Below are positions 25,831 to 39,780 of a DNA stretch of 64,000 nucleotides, in pieces. The notes beneath the pieces were generated by a model. It was given only the letters and a program-made list of their open reading frames with translations, was not told where the DNA came from and searched no databases. Source of the DNA: Octopus sinensis (taxonomy: Eukaryota); assembly GCF_006345805.1 (NCBI RefSeq), contig NC_043021.1, positions 18,910,001-18,974,000 on the forward strand, given 5' to 3'. The number at the start of each line of letters is the position of its first letter. Position 1 is the first letter of the stretch. A program made the position numbers and the translations under genes.

Positions 25831-26284
25831 CACCATCGTTGTGAACCTTTCAGTGTTGCCCTCTATGCAATCTGTTTTACTATAACCACCACAGGCACAG
25901 GCATAGCTGTGTGGTAAGAAGCTTGCTTCCCAACCACATGGTCCTGGGTTCAGTCCCACTATGTGAAACCTTGGACAAGTGTTTTCAACTATATAGCTTC
26001 AGGCTGACCAAAGCCTTGCAAGTGAATTTGGTAGATGGAAACTGAAAGAAACCTATTGTGCGTGTGTGTGTCTGTGTGTGTGTGTGCCTGTGTGCGTGTG
26101 CCTGTGTGCGTGTGCACATCCACGCATGTGTGACAACCAGTCTTGGTGTGTTTACATCCCTGTAACTTAACAGTTTGGGGAATGAGACCATTAGAATAAG
26201 TACTAGGCTTTCAAAGAATAGTTCCAGGGGTCGATTTCTTCAACTAAAACCCTTTAGTATTTTATGTGTATAAATATATATATA

Positions 26285-26332
<48 letters not shown>

Positions 26333-27019
26333 GTATGTTTGTGTGTCTGCGTTTGTCCCCCCAGCATCGCTTGACAACCGATGCTGGTATGTTTACATCC
26401 CCGTAACTTAGCGGTTCAGCAAAAGGGACCGATAGAATAAGTACTAGGCTTACAAAGAATAAGTCCTGGGGTCGATTTGCTTGACTAAAGGCTGTGCTCC
26501 AGCATGGCCACAGTCAAATGACTGAGGCAAGTGAAAGAATAAAGGTATATGTAGCAATGATCCCCAACCTTGTTTTGCATGATGGACCTCGTTTCATGCA
26601 AGACAATTTCTCCCATAGCCTGGGGGGAAATCACATGCACACCAAAAAACAATAAAATGCATGACATAATTTAATTATTACATATACAATATATGCATGT
26701 TGAACCTCATGGAAGGCGATGACAAGTGATCGTGACCTTTGGCAATTTGCTGTGCTTGAGAAGACACATCAAGCTGAGAGAAATTATAGCTGTGGCCAAT
26801 GCCAAAAATACATTAAACGCATCTGTGCTGGTGACACGTAAAAGGCACCTGTGCCACTTACACGAAAAGTAGGGCTTTTGAGTCCGACTCTGACTCCTGT
26901 ACTATTGGCACCTGACTCCCCTTTATGTAATTAAGTGATTGTGGTCTACATATCTCATAAAGCATATGTATACGTTTGTACTTTGACTAAGCTTATATGT
27001 TATAACTGGTTTATATTAA

Positions 27020-27239
27020 CCCTTTCGTTACCGTATTTATTTTGAGATGCTCTGTGTTTCTTTCAATTACTTTAGATATCGCAAAGAATTTAGTAAAATA
27101 ACTTAGTTATCATTAAGCTAGTGTTAGGAACATAAATTGTGACTAAGGCTTGGTGGAAGATTTTAATTCAAAACTTATGAAAACAAGACATTTGTACTCA
27201 GAGCCAGAGCCAGTTTCAGCCAGGTTGGTATTGAAAGGG
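27020..27239. mobile_element. piggyBac-type MITE (family 2), copy 1
   Basis: TTAA|CCCTTTCGTTACC ... GGTATTGAAAGGG|TTAA. Confidence 0.82.
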
Positions 27240-27270
27240 TTAAGAATTGTTTCTCTATTATATATTTTAA

Positions 27271-27489
27271 CCCTTTTCTTGCCATATTTCTGTTGAGATG
27301 CTCTGTTTCCTTCCATTACTTGAAATATAACAAAGAATTTAGCAAAATAACTTAGTTATCATTAAGCTAGTGTTAGGAACATAAATTATGACTAAGGTTT
27401 GGTGGAAGATTTTAATTCAGAACTTATGAAAACAAGACATTTGTACTACAGAACCAGAGCCGGTTTCAGCTGGGTTGGTAACGAAAGGG
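27271..27489. mobile_element. piggyBac-type MITE (family 2), copy 2
   Basis: TTAA|CCCTTTTCTTGCC ... GGTAACGAAAGGG|TTAA; about 90% similar to copy 1 by eye. Confidence 0.82.
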
Positions 27490-29590
27490 TTAAAGAATAA
27501 AGAGATTGTGAATCGGAATCAGAGTCGGTATAGTTTTACTGACCCTGACTCCACAGCCCGGATGAAAAGGCACCCACTACACTCTTGGTGAGGTTGTCGT
27601 TAGGAAAGACATCCAGCCATAGAAACCATGCCAAATTAAACTCAATGGTTTACAGTTCCAGTGAAACTGTTTAACCCATGGTAGCATGGAAGACAGACAC
27701 TAGATGATGAAGATAATGTATATAATACAATATATATATATATATATATTACACATATACACGTGCCATATTTGACCAAATATTCTACCTGTTCTATGTT
27801 CAAACTGGCCAGATCTGGCCTTTCACACCAACCTTACAATACCATTCTAATAACAATTACGTCATCAAAATCTGAAAGCTGTAAGTTAACGTATGATTAA
27901 TTAGAGCCGATGTGAATAAATAAGTGTTACTTTTGACAGAATAATGTGAACCCTAACCCTAAGGGCAAACTCTGGCAGTTTGGTATTAGCAAGGATCAAG
28001 GCGGTGAGCTGGCCTAATCGTTAGCACGTCGGGCGAAATGCTTTGTGGTATTTCGTCCACCGCTGCGTTCTGAGTTCAAATTCCGCCGAGGTCAACTTTG
28101 CCTTTCATCCTTTTGGGGTTGATAAATTAAGTACCCGTTACGCACTGGTGTCGATGTAATGACTTAATTCGTGTGTCTGTCCTTGTTTGTCCCCTCTGTG
28201 TTTAGCCCTTTGTGGGTAGTAAAGAAATAGGTATTAGCAAGGATAACACATAGGTGAGCAGTTGGTAGTAAATTGTTCTTTGTGACAAGTGGAATACGTC
28301 CTGTCCATTAAAAAGGAGATGCCCCAGCCAGGTTAGATGAAAACTGGGACAAACCACATTGGTCAAGTGGACAAATGACTGAGACTTTTGGCAGTATACC
28401 ATGCTTGAGAAGACCTATCAAGCCAAGTGAGACTGTAGTCATGGCTGATGCTGCTGTTTCATAACTGGCACCTGTGCCAGTGGTATGTAAAAAGCACCCA
28501 CTACACTCTTTGAGTGGTTGGCGTTAGGAAGGGCATCCAGCTGGATAAGCTATGCCAAGTCAGAGTGGAACCTGGTGCAGCTTCCTGGCTTACCAGTTTT
28601 CAGTCAAACCATCCAACCAGCATAGGAAAGTGGATGTTAAATGATGATGATGAATGTATGCCTTCACCAACTCTGACTGACCCTTTTCTGAGTTAGTGTC
28701 TGCTTGACACTTGGCCCCACAGTTTTGAGGAAGAGAATGATTAATGTAATTGACCCCAGTGTTTAATGGTTATTTCACTGACCCCAGGAGGATGAAAGGT
28801 AAACTACAGGATCTCTGTAGAATTTGAACTTAGCACTCATCAATAATAATTATAATTATAATAATATTATTATAATTTAAGGCGGCGAGCTGGCAGAAAC
28901 GTTAGCATGCCAGGCGAAATGCTTAGCGGCATTTCGTCTGCTGCCATGTTCTGAGTTCAAATTCCGCTGAGATTGACTTTGCCTTTCATCCTTTCGGGGT
29001 TGATTAAATAAGTACCAGTTATGCACTGGGTCGATGTAATTGACTTAATCCCTTTGTCTGTCCTTGTTTGTCCCTTCTGTGTTTAGCCCCCTGTGAGCAA
29101 TAAATAAATATATAATAATTATAATTTCTTTAATTGGTCACAAGAGCCTCAGATATTGAGGACAGCATGAGAATGAAATAACAATCTATCCATCTTTCTG
29201 TGTGTGAGAGAAATAGAGAGAATGTATGTGGATGTTTTTGTGTTAGTGTGTGTATTTGTATATGTTGATGAGTGTGTGGTCTTGATGGAACTATAGGAGA
29301 AAGGGGTGAGTGAATTAAAATAGGTGTAGGAGTGGCTGTGTGGTAAGTAGCTTGCTTACCAACCACATGGTTCCAGGTTCAGTCCCACTGCATGGCACCT
29401 TGGGCAAGTGTCTTCTACTATAGCCTCGGGCCGACCAAAGCATTGTGAGTGGATTTGGTAGATGGAAACTGAAAGAAGCCCGTCATATATATATATATAT
29501 ATATATAATAATAAATATTAGGGAATATATCCAAATTTACAGGGAAAAAAAATCAGATTTAGGATTAAATCCAATTTTATAGTAAAATAT

Positions 29591-29755
29591 TATAAAATAT
29601 TATTTGAGACAAAACCACTATTTTGCAAAACAAACAAGGAAAGACTTAATCAATACATAAAATTTAATAACTATTTAATGACTATTTATTAAATTTTATG
29701 TATTGATTAAGTCTTTCCTTGTTTGTTTTGCAAAATAGTGGTTTTGTCTCAAATA

Positions 29756-29765
<10 letters not shown>
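29591..29765. repeat. Perfect 80-bp fold-back inverted repeat
   Basis: 29591-29670 is the exact reverse complement of 29686-29765; 15-nt spacer; continues into (TA)n. Confidence 0.92.
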
Positions 29766-29806
<41 letters not shown>

Positions 29807-30289
29807 GTGTGGGTATGTTTGTGTGTCTATGTTCCCCCAACATCGCTTGACAACCGATGCTGGTGTGTTTACGTCCCTGTAAGTTAGCAGCTCGGCAAAA
29901 GAGACCGATAGAATAAGTACTAGGCTTACAAAGAATAAATCCTGGGGTCGATGTGCTCAACTAAAGGCTGTGCTCCAGCATGGCCACAGTCAAATGACTG
30001 AAACAAGTAAAAGACTAAAGAGTAAGTCCTTTTAGAGAATTTTATCTTACTGCTATTGTCATCACAAAAGTCATTAAATGGGTTACAGACATTTTGCGGT
30101 TAATGCTTTGACCTATAAGATAAATTCCAACTGACTTTATTTTAAATTTATTTTGCCTTACCTGTATACCTTTTATAAAGATTTATTGTTTGAAAAACCG
30201 ATCCGGGATATCAAGTGGAAGCTATATGTGTTTGTTCTATTTACATATTCAGACACACCCAAATGATCTCTTCCCTAAACATTCACTTG

Positions 30290-30695
30290 GTTGCTGCTAC
30301 CTTCAAATCATGACGTCTGGAGAAATGAATGGACTTTAGAATTATTACACATTACCATACACTATGTGGTGACCCCCTTCGGACAGACACTGACCATGGG
30401 TTTGCACCTAGAGAGTTACCCTCTGAGGCACAAGTCTGGGCAAGGTTGTTTTATGGAAAACCAGCAGTCACCCATGCATGCCAGCCTCCCCTCTCCATGC
30501 CACTGATGTTGTTCAAAGGGAAAGGCAAGGGCAGGTACAGCTTGGCACCAGTGATGTCACAACTTATTTCTACAGCTGAGTGAACTGGAGCAACATGAAA
30601 TAAGGTGTCTTGCTCAAGAACACAACACGCAGCCCGGTCCGGGATTCGAGCTCACAACCTCACGATTGTAAGCTCGACGCTCTAACCACTGAGCA
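30290..30695 (-). mobile_element. tRNA-derived SINE family E
   Basis: Head GCTCAGTGGTTAGAGC...GAGCTCGAATCCCGGACCGGG; plus-strand copy at 46018-46345; partial copies near 22535-22625 and 32580-32810. Confidence 0.8.
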
Positions 30696-30912
30696 TGTAT
30701 TATATAACATTGCATGGATAGCATAACACTATATGAAATATAGTCAAGTCCAACTCCTGGCCTTCCCGCGGTGAAACTGTTCCCACTGACAGGAGAAGGG
30801 GCAAAGGCGAGTCACTGGTGCCTTAAAACCAGTTGCTTCGAGTAGTTGGGACTCCGTAGCCTTGACTAGCAGCCCAACTGGGAGAGGGAAACTCCGATTT
30901 CAAACCTCCGCT

Positions 30913-31190
30913 GATGGATCTCACTTTTGAGTTGTGTAGTGATCCCATTTATATCTAATGAAGTCTTATGGATCTCCTTTACATCCATGGTCTGGCACGA
31001 TGTGCTAATGAGGTGATAGCCAGGATTATAGTGACCCCTCAATCTATATACATATAGACCACGTGTGTACCATTGGTGATTTTTTTCCTTTTTCCTCCCT
31101 TCTTTGGATCTTTCCTTTTCCTATGTTTCTGACTATGAGTTCTGCTCGAAATGTTAAACCCTCCTTCTTTCCTGAGCGTCCAATAATACT
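30913..31190 (+). mobile_element. Penelope-like terminal repeat with degenerate hammerhead, copy 1
   Basis: Direct repeat of 31635-31915; motif GTTT-CTGACTA-TGAG ttctg CTC-GAAA-TGTT-AAAC at 31125-31159. Confidence 0.55.
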
Positions 31191-31634
31191 ACAAGGCTAA
31201 GGGAGTAAACCCTGACAGAAAATCCGGAGCTGGGGTCCCTAAGGCGGCCTGACACAACACGTGATCACCGGCAACTCCTGCGACGCATCTGGTACCAAAC
31301 TGTATCGACCCGTCGTTCCCTTGGAGCTACCAGCTGCGTGGAGAGTGGGGATCAAACTGCATGGGAAACAGCTGATCCCTCATACAAATCTGCCCAGGCC
31401 TTGTAGCTCAACGGGAAGAGGACCGGAGAGGACACTCCAGCAGTATTGTAAACCCACCACCTTTTCCGAGCTACACCATCGTCTCTAGAGATGGACGGAT
31501 GCTGACGACGATATGAAATATAGAATTAAAATATTGTCAATTTACAGAAATGATTGTAATGTCAAATTGACTTCTCCTTTCCTCATTTAAATCATAACTT
31601 TTATTATTCACTCTGTGGTGCTTATCAAGCATGA

Positions 31635-31915
31635 TGGATCTTACCTTTGAGTTGTGTAGTGATCCCATTTATATCTATAGAAGTCTTATGGATCTTCTTT
31701 TCATCCATGGTCTGGCACGATGTGCTAATGAGGTGATAGCCAGGATTATAGTGACCCCTCAATCTATATACATATAGACCACGTGTGTACCGTTGGCGAT
31801 TTTTTTCCTCTGTCCTCCCTTCTTTGGATCTTTCCTTTTCCTATGTTTCTGACAAAGAGCTCCGCTTGAAGCGTTAAACCCTCCTTCTTTCCTGAGCATC
31901 CAATAATACTATACT
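31635..31915 (+). mobile_element. Penelope-like terminal repeat with degenerate hammerhead, copy 2
   Basis: Motif GTTT-CTGACAA-A-GAGC tcc GCTT-GAAG-CGTT-AAAC at 31845-31879. Confidence 0.55.
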
Positions 31916-33019
31916 TGTTCCACGTCCTCGCGTTGTTGTATTTTCTCTTTGTGTTTTCATGTTTGGATTAACTATATATATATATAATATAAATAATCTA
32001 TAAATATATGCATATATACATACATATATGTACATACCTACATATATATGTATATATATACATGCATATATGGGTACAGGACATCAAAAAAACGTTGAAC
32101 ACAATGAGAAACGAAAACATAAAAACAAAAACATAGAAAACAAACTTTTTTTTGAACAATGACAAAACCAAACAGAGAAATGAGACATACAACATAAAGA
32201 ATATTCCCCTTCATCAGTTGTCCCTGTTTCATCTACTCCGTGTTTCGAAGGCAAGGACAATACGGGACTTCGTTGAAACAGTCCTTCCTGCAAAGCAAAT
32301 TAAAATGAAATTTGGGATTTTTTGCGAAGGGTGAAAGTGGTAACAAAAACAGGACAGTGAGAACAAGACAGTAAAAACAAACGGTGGGGGCTAGTAAAGA
32401 GTATGGAGGCTTGTACAGCCACAAAATTTATTTTACAGTTATTATACAGTATATTATAATGAGCAACACATGTTTCCGCTACAATGGTTAGCCATTAACT
32501 GGAACTTAATTGAGAGCTAATACAGTATCTGCCTGGATAATATGTCCCTCCAAACACACCTTTATATATGTGACACATGGTGTTGTGGTTATGATATTGC
32601 AATCATGATCGCAAGATTGCGATTTCAATTCCTAGAATGAGCAGTGCTTTGTGCTCTTGAGCAAGCCGCTTCATCTCATGTTGCTCTGCGACCACTTCAA
32701 CACCTGTCGTGTGGTACACCTTACACCTGTTCAGGTAACGTCAATTTGATGGAAGAAGTGAGCTAAAATCTAATGCATACATTTGATCGCTATAAACAAA
32801 TCATTTGTACATATCATCATCATCATCATTTAACGTCTGCTTTTTATGCTGGCATGGGTTGGACGGTTTGACTGGGGATTAGCAAGCTAAGAGGCTGCAC
32901 TAGGCTCCAATTCAATCTGGCAAGGTTTCTACAGCTGGATGCCCTTCCTAACGCCAACCACTCTGAGAGTATAGTGGGTGCTTTTTACGTGCCACCAGCA
33001 CATACATATATACATATGT

Positions 33020-33530
33020 GTATGGATGAGGACAGCTGTGCGAAAAAGTTTAACACCCTAGCAGTAGAGAGAACCTGTGGAAGAGGTAGACCCAGGAAGA
33101 CCTAGGATGAGGTGGTGAAGCACAACCTTCAAATGTTGGACATCATCGAGGCGATGACAAGTGACCGAGACCTTTGGAGATATTCTGTGCTTGCGAAGAC
33201 CCAGCAAGCCAAGTGAGACCATAATTGTGGCCTATGCCAGTGCAACATAACCAGCCCATTTAAGAGTACCCTTCAATCATTGGGCCATAAACTGTGCTTG
33301 TGAAAACCTGTTGAGGCATATGAAGTCATTGTCGTGGCTGATGACAGTACCACCTGATTGGCACCCATGCCAGTGGCACATAAAAAGCACAATTCGAGTA
33401 AGGTCGATGCCATTGCTGCCTGACTGGTCCTGCGCCGGTAGCACATAAAAAGCACCATTCGAATGTGATCATTGCTAGTGCCGCCTGACTGGCTCTCATG
33501 CTGGTGGCACATAAAAAAGCACCATTCAAG
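33020..33530 (+). mobile_element. RTE LINE 3' fragment
   Basis: Peptide remnant MDEDSCAKK...RGRPRKT*DEVVKH; homologous to 6960-7500. Confidence 0.82.
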
Positions 33531-33539
33531 TGTATGTTT

Positions 33540-33548
33540 GTATGTATA

Positions 33549-33604
<56 letters not shown>

Positions 33605-33729
33605 ATACATATATATATATATACACATATATATATATACATACATACATACATATATTGTGTATATATATATTATATATATATATACATACATATATAT
33701 ATATATATATATAATATATATATATATAT

Positions 33730-33795
<66 letters not shown>

Positions 33796-33845
33796 ATATA
33801 TACATATATATATATACACACACACACACACATATATATATATAA
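33540..33845. repeat. Imperfect (TA)n tract
   Basis: Direct reading. Confidence 0.95.
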
Positions 33846-34680
33846 ATGAGTAACAAAGATGTGCAGGTATCAATTCATTACGGCTGTTTCAAGAGACTCC
33901 TTTAATTGCTTAATGAAAACATTATATCATTTGAAAGAAACCGTTTCTCGTCAGACGACCACATAGACTCCAGACACAAAGCATATAACCATTTCCTTAA
34001 CATATTCTCATCAATAACAGAGCTCAGAATATTTACCTCGTTTCTTTTGTCATATCTGTGGCAGAATGAGTTCAGAAAATAATGCATACCTTGTTAAGTC
34101 TACTATAGTTTGGAGAAGGGCAGAGGAAATGGTGGCCGTCAGAATAAAAAGAGTGGTGACCTAGTTACTTACATTTAGAAGGTTTTATGTAGAATGAAAT
34201 GACCATAATGGATTCACACCTGTACATCTTTGTTACTCGTTTGTATTTTATTCACCTAACTTGGTATTTGAACTTTAGAAATACTATAGAAAGTACCTTT
34301 ATAAAAAGTACAGGTCTGAGTTACCAAGAGCAGATATCTTCACTTAGTTGGGTTGTGTTGTCTGCACACACAACATGAATATCAGGGACAAACACCTCTG
34401 CATGGGGTCTTCATATTCAGTATTCAATTAATATCGTTTGCACGTGCAGATTATACCAACCTAGCAAGGGGTCTCAATTTAAGTACTTTATTCAACAGAA
34501 TCTTACTTAAATTATATATATGTATAGGTGCAGGGATGGTTGTGTGGGAGTAAGTTTTCTTCCGAACCACATGGTTCTGATGGTTATTTTGGGCAAGTGT
34601 CTTCTAGTTTAGTCTTGGGCTGCCCAAAGATTTGTGAGTAGCTTTGGTTGGCAGAAACTGACTGAAAGAAGCCCCTCGTA

Positions 34681-34711
<31 letters not shown>

Positions 34712-35619
34712 GTTTAACGTCCGTTTTCCATGGGTTGGACGGTTCGACCGGGATCTGGGAAGCCAGAAGGCTGCACCAGGCTCCAGTCTGATCTGGCAGT
34801 GTTTTTACGTGCCACCGGAGGCTGGCAGCGGCCACGATCGGATTGGTGCTTTTTACGTGCCACTGGCACGGAAGCCAGTCAAGGCGGCGCTGGCATCAGC
34901 CACGTTCGGATGGTGTTTTTTACGTGCCACCAGCACAGAAGCCAGTCGAGGCAGTGCTGGCATCGGCCACGTTTGGATGGTGCTTTTTACATGTCACCGG
35001 CACAGGGATCACAACTACAATTTCCATTGATTTTTGATGTTGATGTACTTGACTCAATAGATCTCCTCAAGCACAGCGTCGAAACGGTGTTTCTTTACTT
35101 GCCACTGCACAGGAGTCAGTCCAGTGGCACTGGCAACTGCCGGGTGCCAGTCATAGGATTGGTTCAATTTCGATTCTGATTTCACTTGCCCCGACAGGTC
35201 TTCACAAGCAGAGTTTAGTGTCCAATGAAGGGAGGTTGGCATGGGTGCCAGTCGTCGGATGAGGTTTGATTTTGAATTCAATTTCGAACACATATGCTTG
35301 TATATATGTATATGTGTGTGTGTTTGTGTGGCTTTCTTTTGACATCTGTCATGTGATAGTTGTAAATGAGTGTCACTGTCATATGAGCAGTGTCACTCAC
35401 TTCCGATAGTTTGCAAAAACATGCCAGGCCATGAGGAAATATTATCCTGCTTGGAAACAGGTGAGAGTTGATGATGGGAAGAGCAGCATCCAGCTATACA
35501 TATATATAATATATATATATGTATATACATATGTGCATATATATATATAGATATATGCATACATATATATATATATATATTCATACATACATATGTACAT
35601 ATATATATATATATATATT

Positions 35620-35687
<68 letters not shown>

Positions 35688-36185
35688 CATACATACATAC
35701 ATACATACATTATATATATATATATTTTTTTGACTGAGTCGGAGGGGGAGATCTGTAGTGTCAGTAGTAGAATCAGAGTCATTAATAATAAAGGACCCAT
35801 GGACCCAATAATGAAGTGATAACAATAAACAACAGTGAAGAGCAAATAGCAGAAGGGCAGCCAAGAATGCGATGACATTACAACAACAACAACAACGAAA
35901 GGCGACCGGGTGGGGAGTGAAAGGGTCGGAGAGGAGGTACATGGAGTGTGGAATACAAGCATGAAAAATAACACCTACAACAACAATAACAACAACAGTA
36001 GATATAGTAATTGCTTCTTTATTGGCCACAGGGGCTGCAAAAATATTGAGAACAATACAAAGACAATGTATGTGGTGGTGGTGGTGGAGGTGGAGGGGTT
36101 TACATAGAAATATGTAAAACATTAAAAACAATAAGAATTTGATAAAAGAATAAATCTTAACAAAATAATAACAGTAATAATAATA

Positions 36186-36223
<38 letters not shown>

Positions 36224-36239
36224 TTAATAATAATAATAA

Positions 36240-36880
36240 ATGCCCTGATGCAGTACCAGGCAGTGGCTCTCATGGCTTCTGATCTTAACTGACTGGAAGT
36301 GTTATCATGTACATTGTTTTGTCTTGGTATAAAAGATGGGCTACAGCAAATATTCTGCTCAATACCACAGATTTGCTTGTCAGTTGTTTGACCTTAACCA
36401 GTTGAGCATGTCCCTTAGTGGCTGACGATATGTGCATCTCTAATCACGAGCAGAAGTAGTGGAGGAGCATCATAGCCATGTGTTGAGAGGGATTCTTTGG
36501 GGTTTGAATAATTCACCTCTGGAAACATGAGTGTTTCTTTCAACATCCTTAAACAATCCTTATTCAGGGACCTTTTGAGCGGGATGGGCTACTCGACCAG
36601 AAGAAGATTCTAACTGGGCCCCTTAAACAACCCTTATTCAGGGACGTTTTGAGCGGGATGGGCTACTCGACCAGAAGAAAATTCTAACTAGGCCCCACCT
36701 GCAAGGTCATGCGCTGTTTATCTTGGTATGAGATCACCATGTCGCACACATATGGTTGTGATGCATGTGCCTAGTGTACCCTTATCAGACGGGTAGTCAT
36801 GATGGGTATACTGGGCTTCGTATATTTTACCCCAGTGTCACTTTGATTGCCTGCACTGCTCTCTCACTCAATAATAATAA
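36240..36880 (+). mobile_element. Unclassified element embedded in (AAT)n, possibly an R4/Dong 3' end
   Basis: Complex sequence bounded on both sides by (AAT)n; internal 74-bp tandem duplication (36547 and 36621). The classification is inference. Confidence 0.35.
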
Positions 36881-37479
36881 TAATAATAATAATAATCCTT
36901 TCTACTAAAAGTACAAGGCCTGAAATTTGGTGGGAGGAGACTAGTCGATTACATCGACCCCCAATGTTTCACTGATACTTAATTTATCGATCCCGAAAGG
37001 ATGAAATGTAAAGTCGACCCTGGCGGCATTTGAACTCAGAATGTGAAGACAGATGAAATGCTACCAAGCATGTTTCCCAGCGTGCTAACAATTCTGGCAA
37101 CTGGTGTTGGTGTATTTAGGTCGCCATAACTTAGCAGTTCAGCAACAGGGCCCCGATAGAATAAGTGCTAGGCTTTAAAAAAAGTAAGGCCTGGGGTTAA
37201 TTTGTTTAACTAAAACACTTCATGGCGGTGCTGCAGCATGGCCGCAGTCAAATTCCTGAAACAAGTAAAAGAATACCCCCTAATGGTGGTGATGGTGGCA
37301 GCAGCAGGGGCAGATTTTGCCATTGCTCTTGGGTGTGGAGCATTCAGTTGTTCTGCCCACCCATCGGAATCCCCTTAATCATGAAGTTAGGGAGTGGTAG
37401 AGTATTCCACAGGCACTTTCCTTCGCCTTCTTCCTTTACACAAATCTCCAAGTGCTAGATCACCGACACTGGGTCTCTA

Positions 37480-38090
37480 CTACTACCACCACCAGCACAA
37501 CCACTACTACCACCACCACCATCACCACCACTACTACCACCACCACCACAACCACTACTACCACCACCACCATCACCACCACTACTACCATCACCACCAC
37601 TACTACCACCACCACCACAACCACTACTACCACCACCACCATCACCACCACTACTACCATCACCACCACTACTACCACCACCACCATTGCTACTACAACC
37701 ACCACTATCACTACTACCACCACCACTACTACTATCACCACCATCGCTACTACCACCGCCACCATCACCACCACTGATTGTATCTGATTTTTACAGATAC
37801 AATTGAGAGAAGGGGGAAGGAGGAGGGGGGAGGAAGGATTGTGCCTCCCCCCCCCCAATCCTTCGGTATTGGCCTGGTACACTTCATAGTTATCAACCTT
37901 GATTGTGTTTGTTTTCAAAGATGAAAGTTACCTACTAAATTCCAGCTGGATTTGAACTCAGGATGCAGGGTGTTGGAATTTAGAATTATACCACAACTAT
38001 TCTGCTGATTCAGTCACTGCCTTACTACTACTGTTTCTACTAACCTCCACCACCACCTCCACCACCATCGCTACTACTACTACTACTACT

Positions 38091-38139
<49 letters not shown>

Positions 38140-38912
38140 TCACCACCACCACCACCACCACCACTACTACCACCACCCCCATTGCTACTACCACCACCAC
38201 TACTACCATCACCACTATCACTACTACTACCACCACCACCATTGCTGCTGCTACTACTACAACCATCACCACCACCACCATTGCTCCTCTTACCACCACC
38301 ATCATCGCCACTACTACTACCACCACCACTACCATCACCATCGCTACTACTACCACCACCACTTCCACCACCATCACTACTACCACACCACCATCACCAC
38401 CACTACTACCATCACCACCACTACTACCACCACCACCACAACCACTACTACCACCACCACCATCACCACCACTACTACCATCACCACCACTACTACCACC
38501 ACCACCATTGCTACTACAACCACCACTATCACTACTACCACCACCACTACTACTATCACCACCATTGCTACTACCACCGCCACCATCACCACCACTGATT
38601 GTATCTGATTTTTACAGATACAATTGAGAGAAGGGGGAAGGAGGAGGGGGGAGGAAGGATTGTGCCTCACCCCCCCAATCCTTCGGTATTGGCCTGGTAC
38701 ACTTCATAGTTATCAACCTTGATTGTGTTTGTTTTCAAAGATGAAAGTTACCTACTAAATTCCAGCTGGATTTGAACTCAGGATGCAGGGTGTTGGAATT
38801 TAGAATTTATACCACAACTATTCTGCTGATTCAGTCACTGCCTTACTACTACTGTTTCTACTAAACCTCCACCACCACCTCCACCACCATCGCTACTACT
38901 ACTACTACTACT

Positions 38913-38955
<43 letters not shown>

Positions 38956-39728
38956 TCACCACCACCACTACCACCACCACCACCATCACCACCACCACCA
39001 CCATTGCTACTACAACCACCACTATCACTACTACCACCACCACCACAACCACTACTACCACCACCACCATTGCTGCTGCTACTACTACAACCATCACCAC
39101 CACCACCATTGCTCCTCTTACCACCACCATCATCGCCACTACTACTACCACCACCACTACCATCACCATCGCTACTACTACCACCACACCACAACCACTA
39201 CTACCACCCCACCATCACCACCACTACTACCATCACCACCACTACTACCACCACCACCACAACCACTACTACCACCACCACCATCACCACCACTACTACC
39301 ATCACCACCACTACTACCACCACCACCATTGCTACTACAACCACCACTATCACTACTACCACCACCACTACTACTATCACCACCATCGCTACTACCACCG
39401 CCACCATCACCACCACTGATTGTATCTGATTTTTACAGATACAATTGAGAGAAGGGGGAAGGAGGAGGGGGGAGGAAGGATTGTGCCTCCCCCCCCCCAA
39501 TCCTTCGGTATTGGCCTGGTACACTTCATAGTTATCAACCTTGATTGTGTTTGTTTTCAAAGATGAAAGTTACCTACTAAATTCCAGCTGGATTTGAACT
39601 CAGGATGCAGGGTGTTGGAATTTAGAATTTATACCACAACTATTCTGCTGATTCAGTCACTGCCTTACTACTACTGTTTCTACTAAACCACCACCTCCAC
39701 CACCATCGCTACTACTACTACTACTACT

Positions 39729-39780
<52 letters not shown>

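Larger units (their letters stand above)
26870..27561. mobile_element. hAT MITE inserted in an RTE tail and carrying two piggyBac MITEs
   Basis: TIRs TAGGGCTTTTGAGTC / GACTCCACAGCCCGG; 8-bp TSD ACGAAAAG / ATGAAAAG (one CpG transition); GAGTCG/GACTCC subterminal motifs. Confidence 0.7.

Noticed and set aside
33993-34020. U12-type branch point TTCCTTAAC 19 nt before an AG
   Set aside because: No GTATCCTT/ATATCCTT donor seen upstream, and several frames on both strands are open, so no exon could be fixed.
34353-34553. GQTPLH ankyrin-like motif
   Set aside because: The rest of the ankyrin consensus is missing and no splice sites fit.
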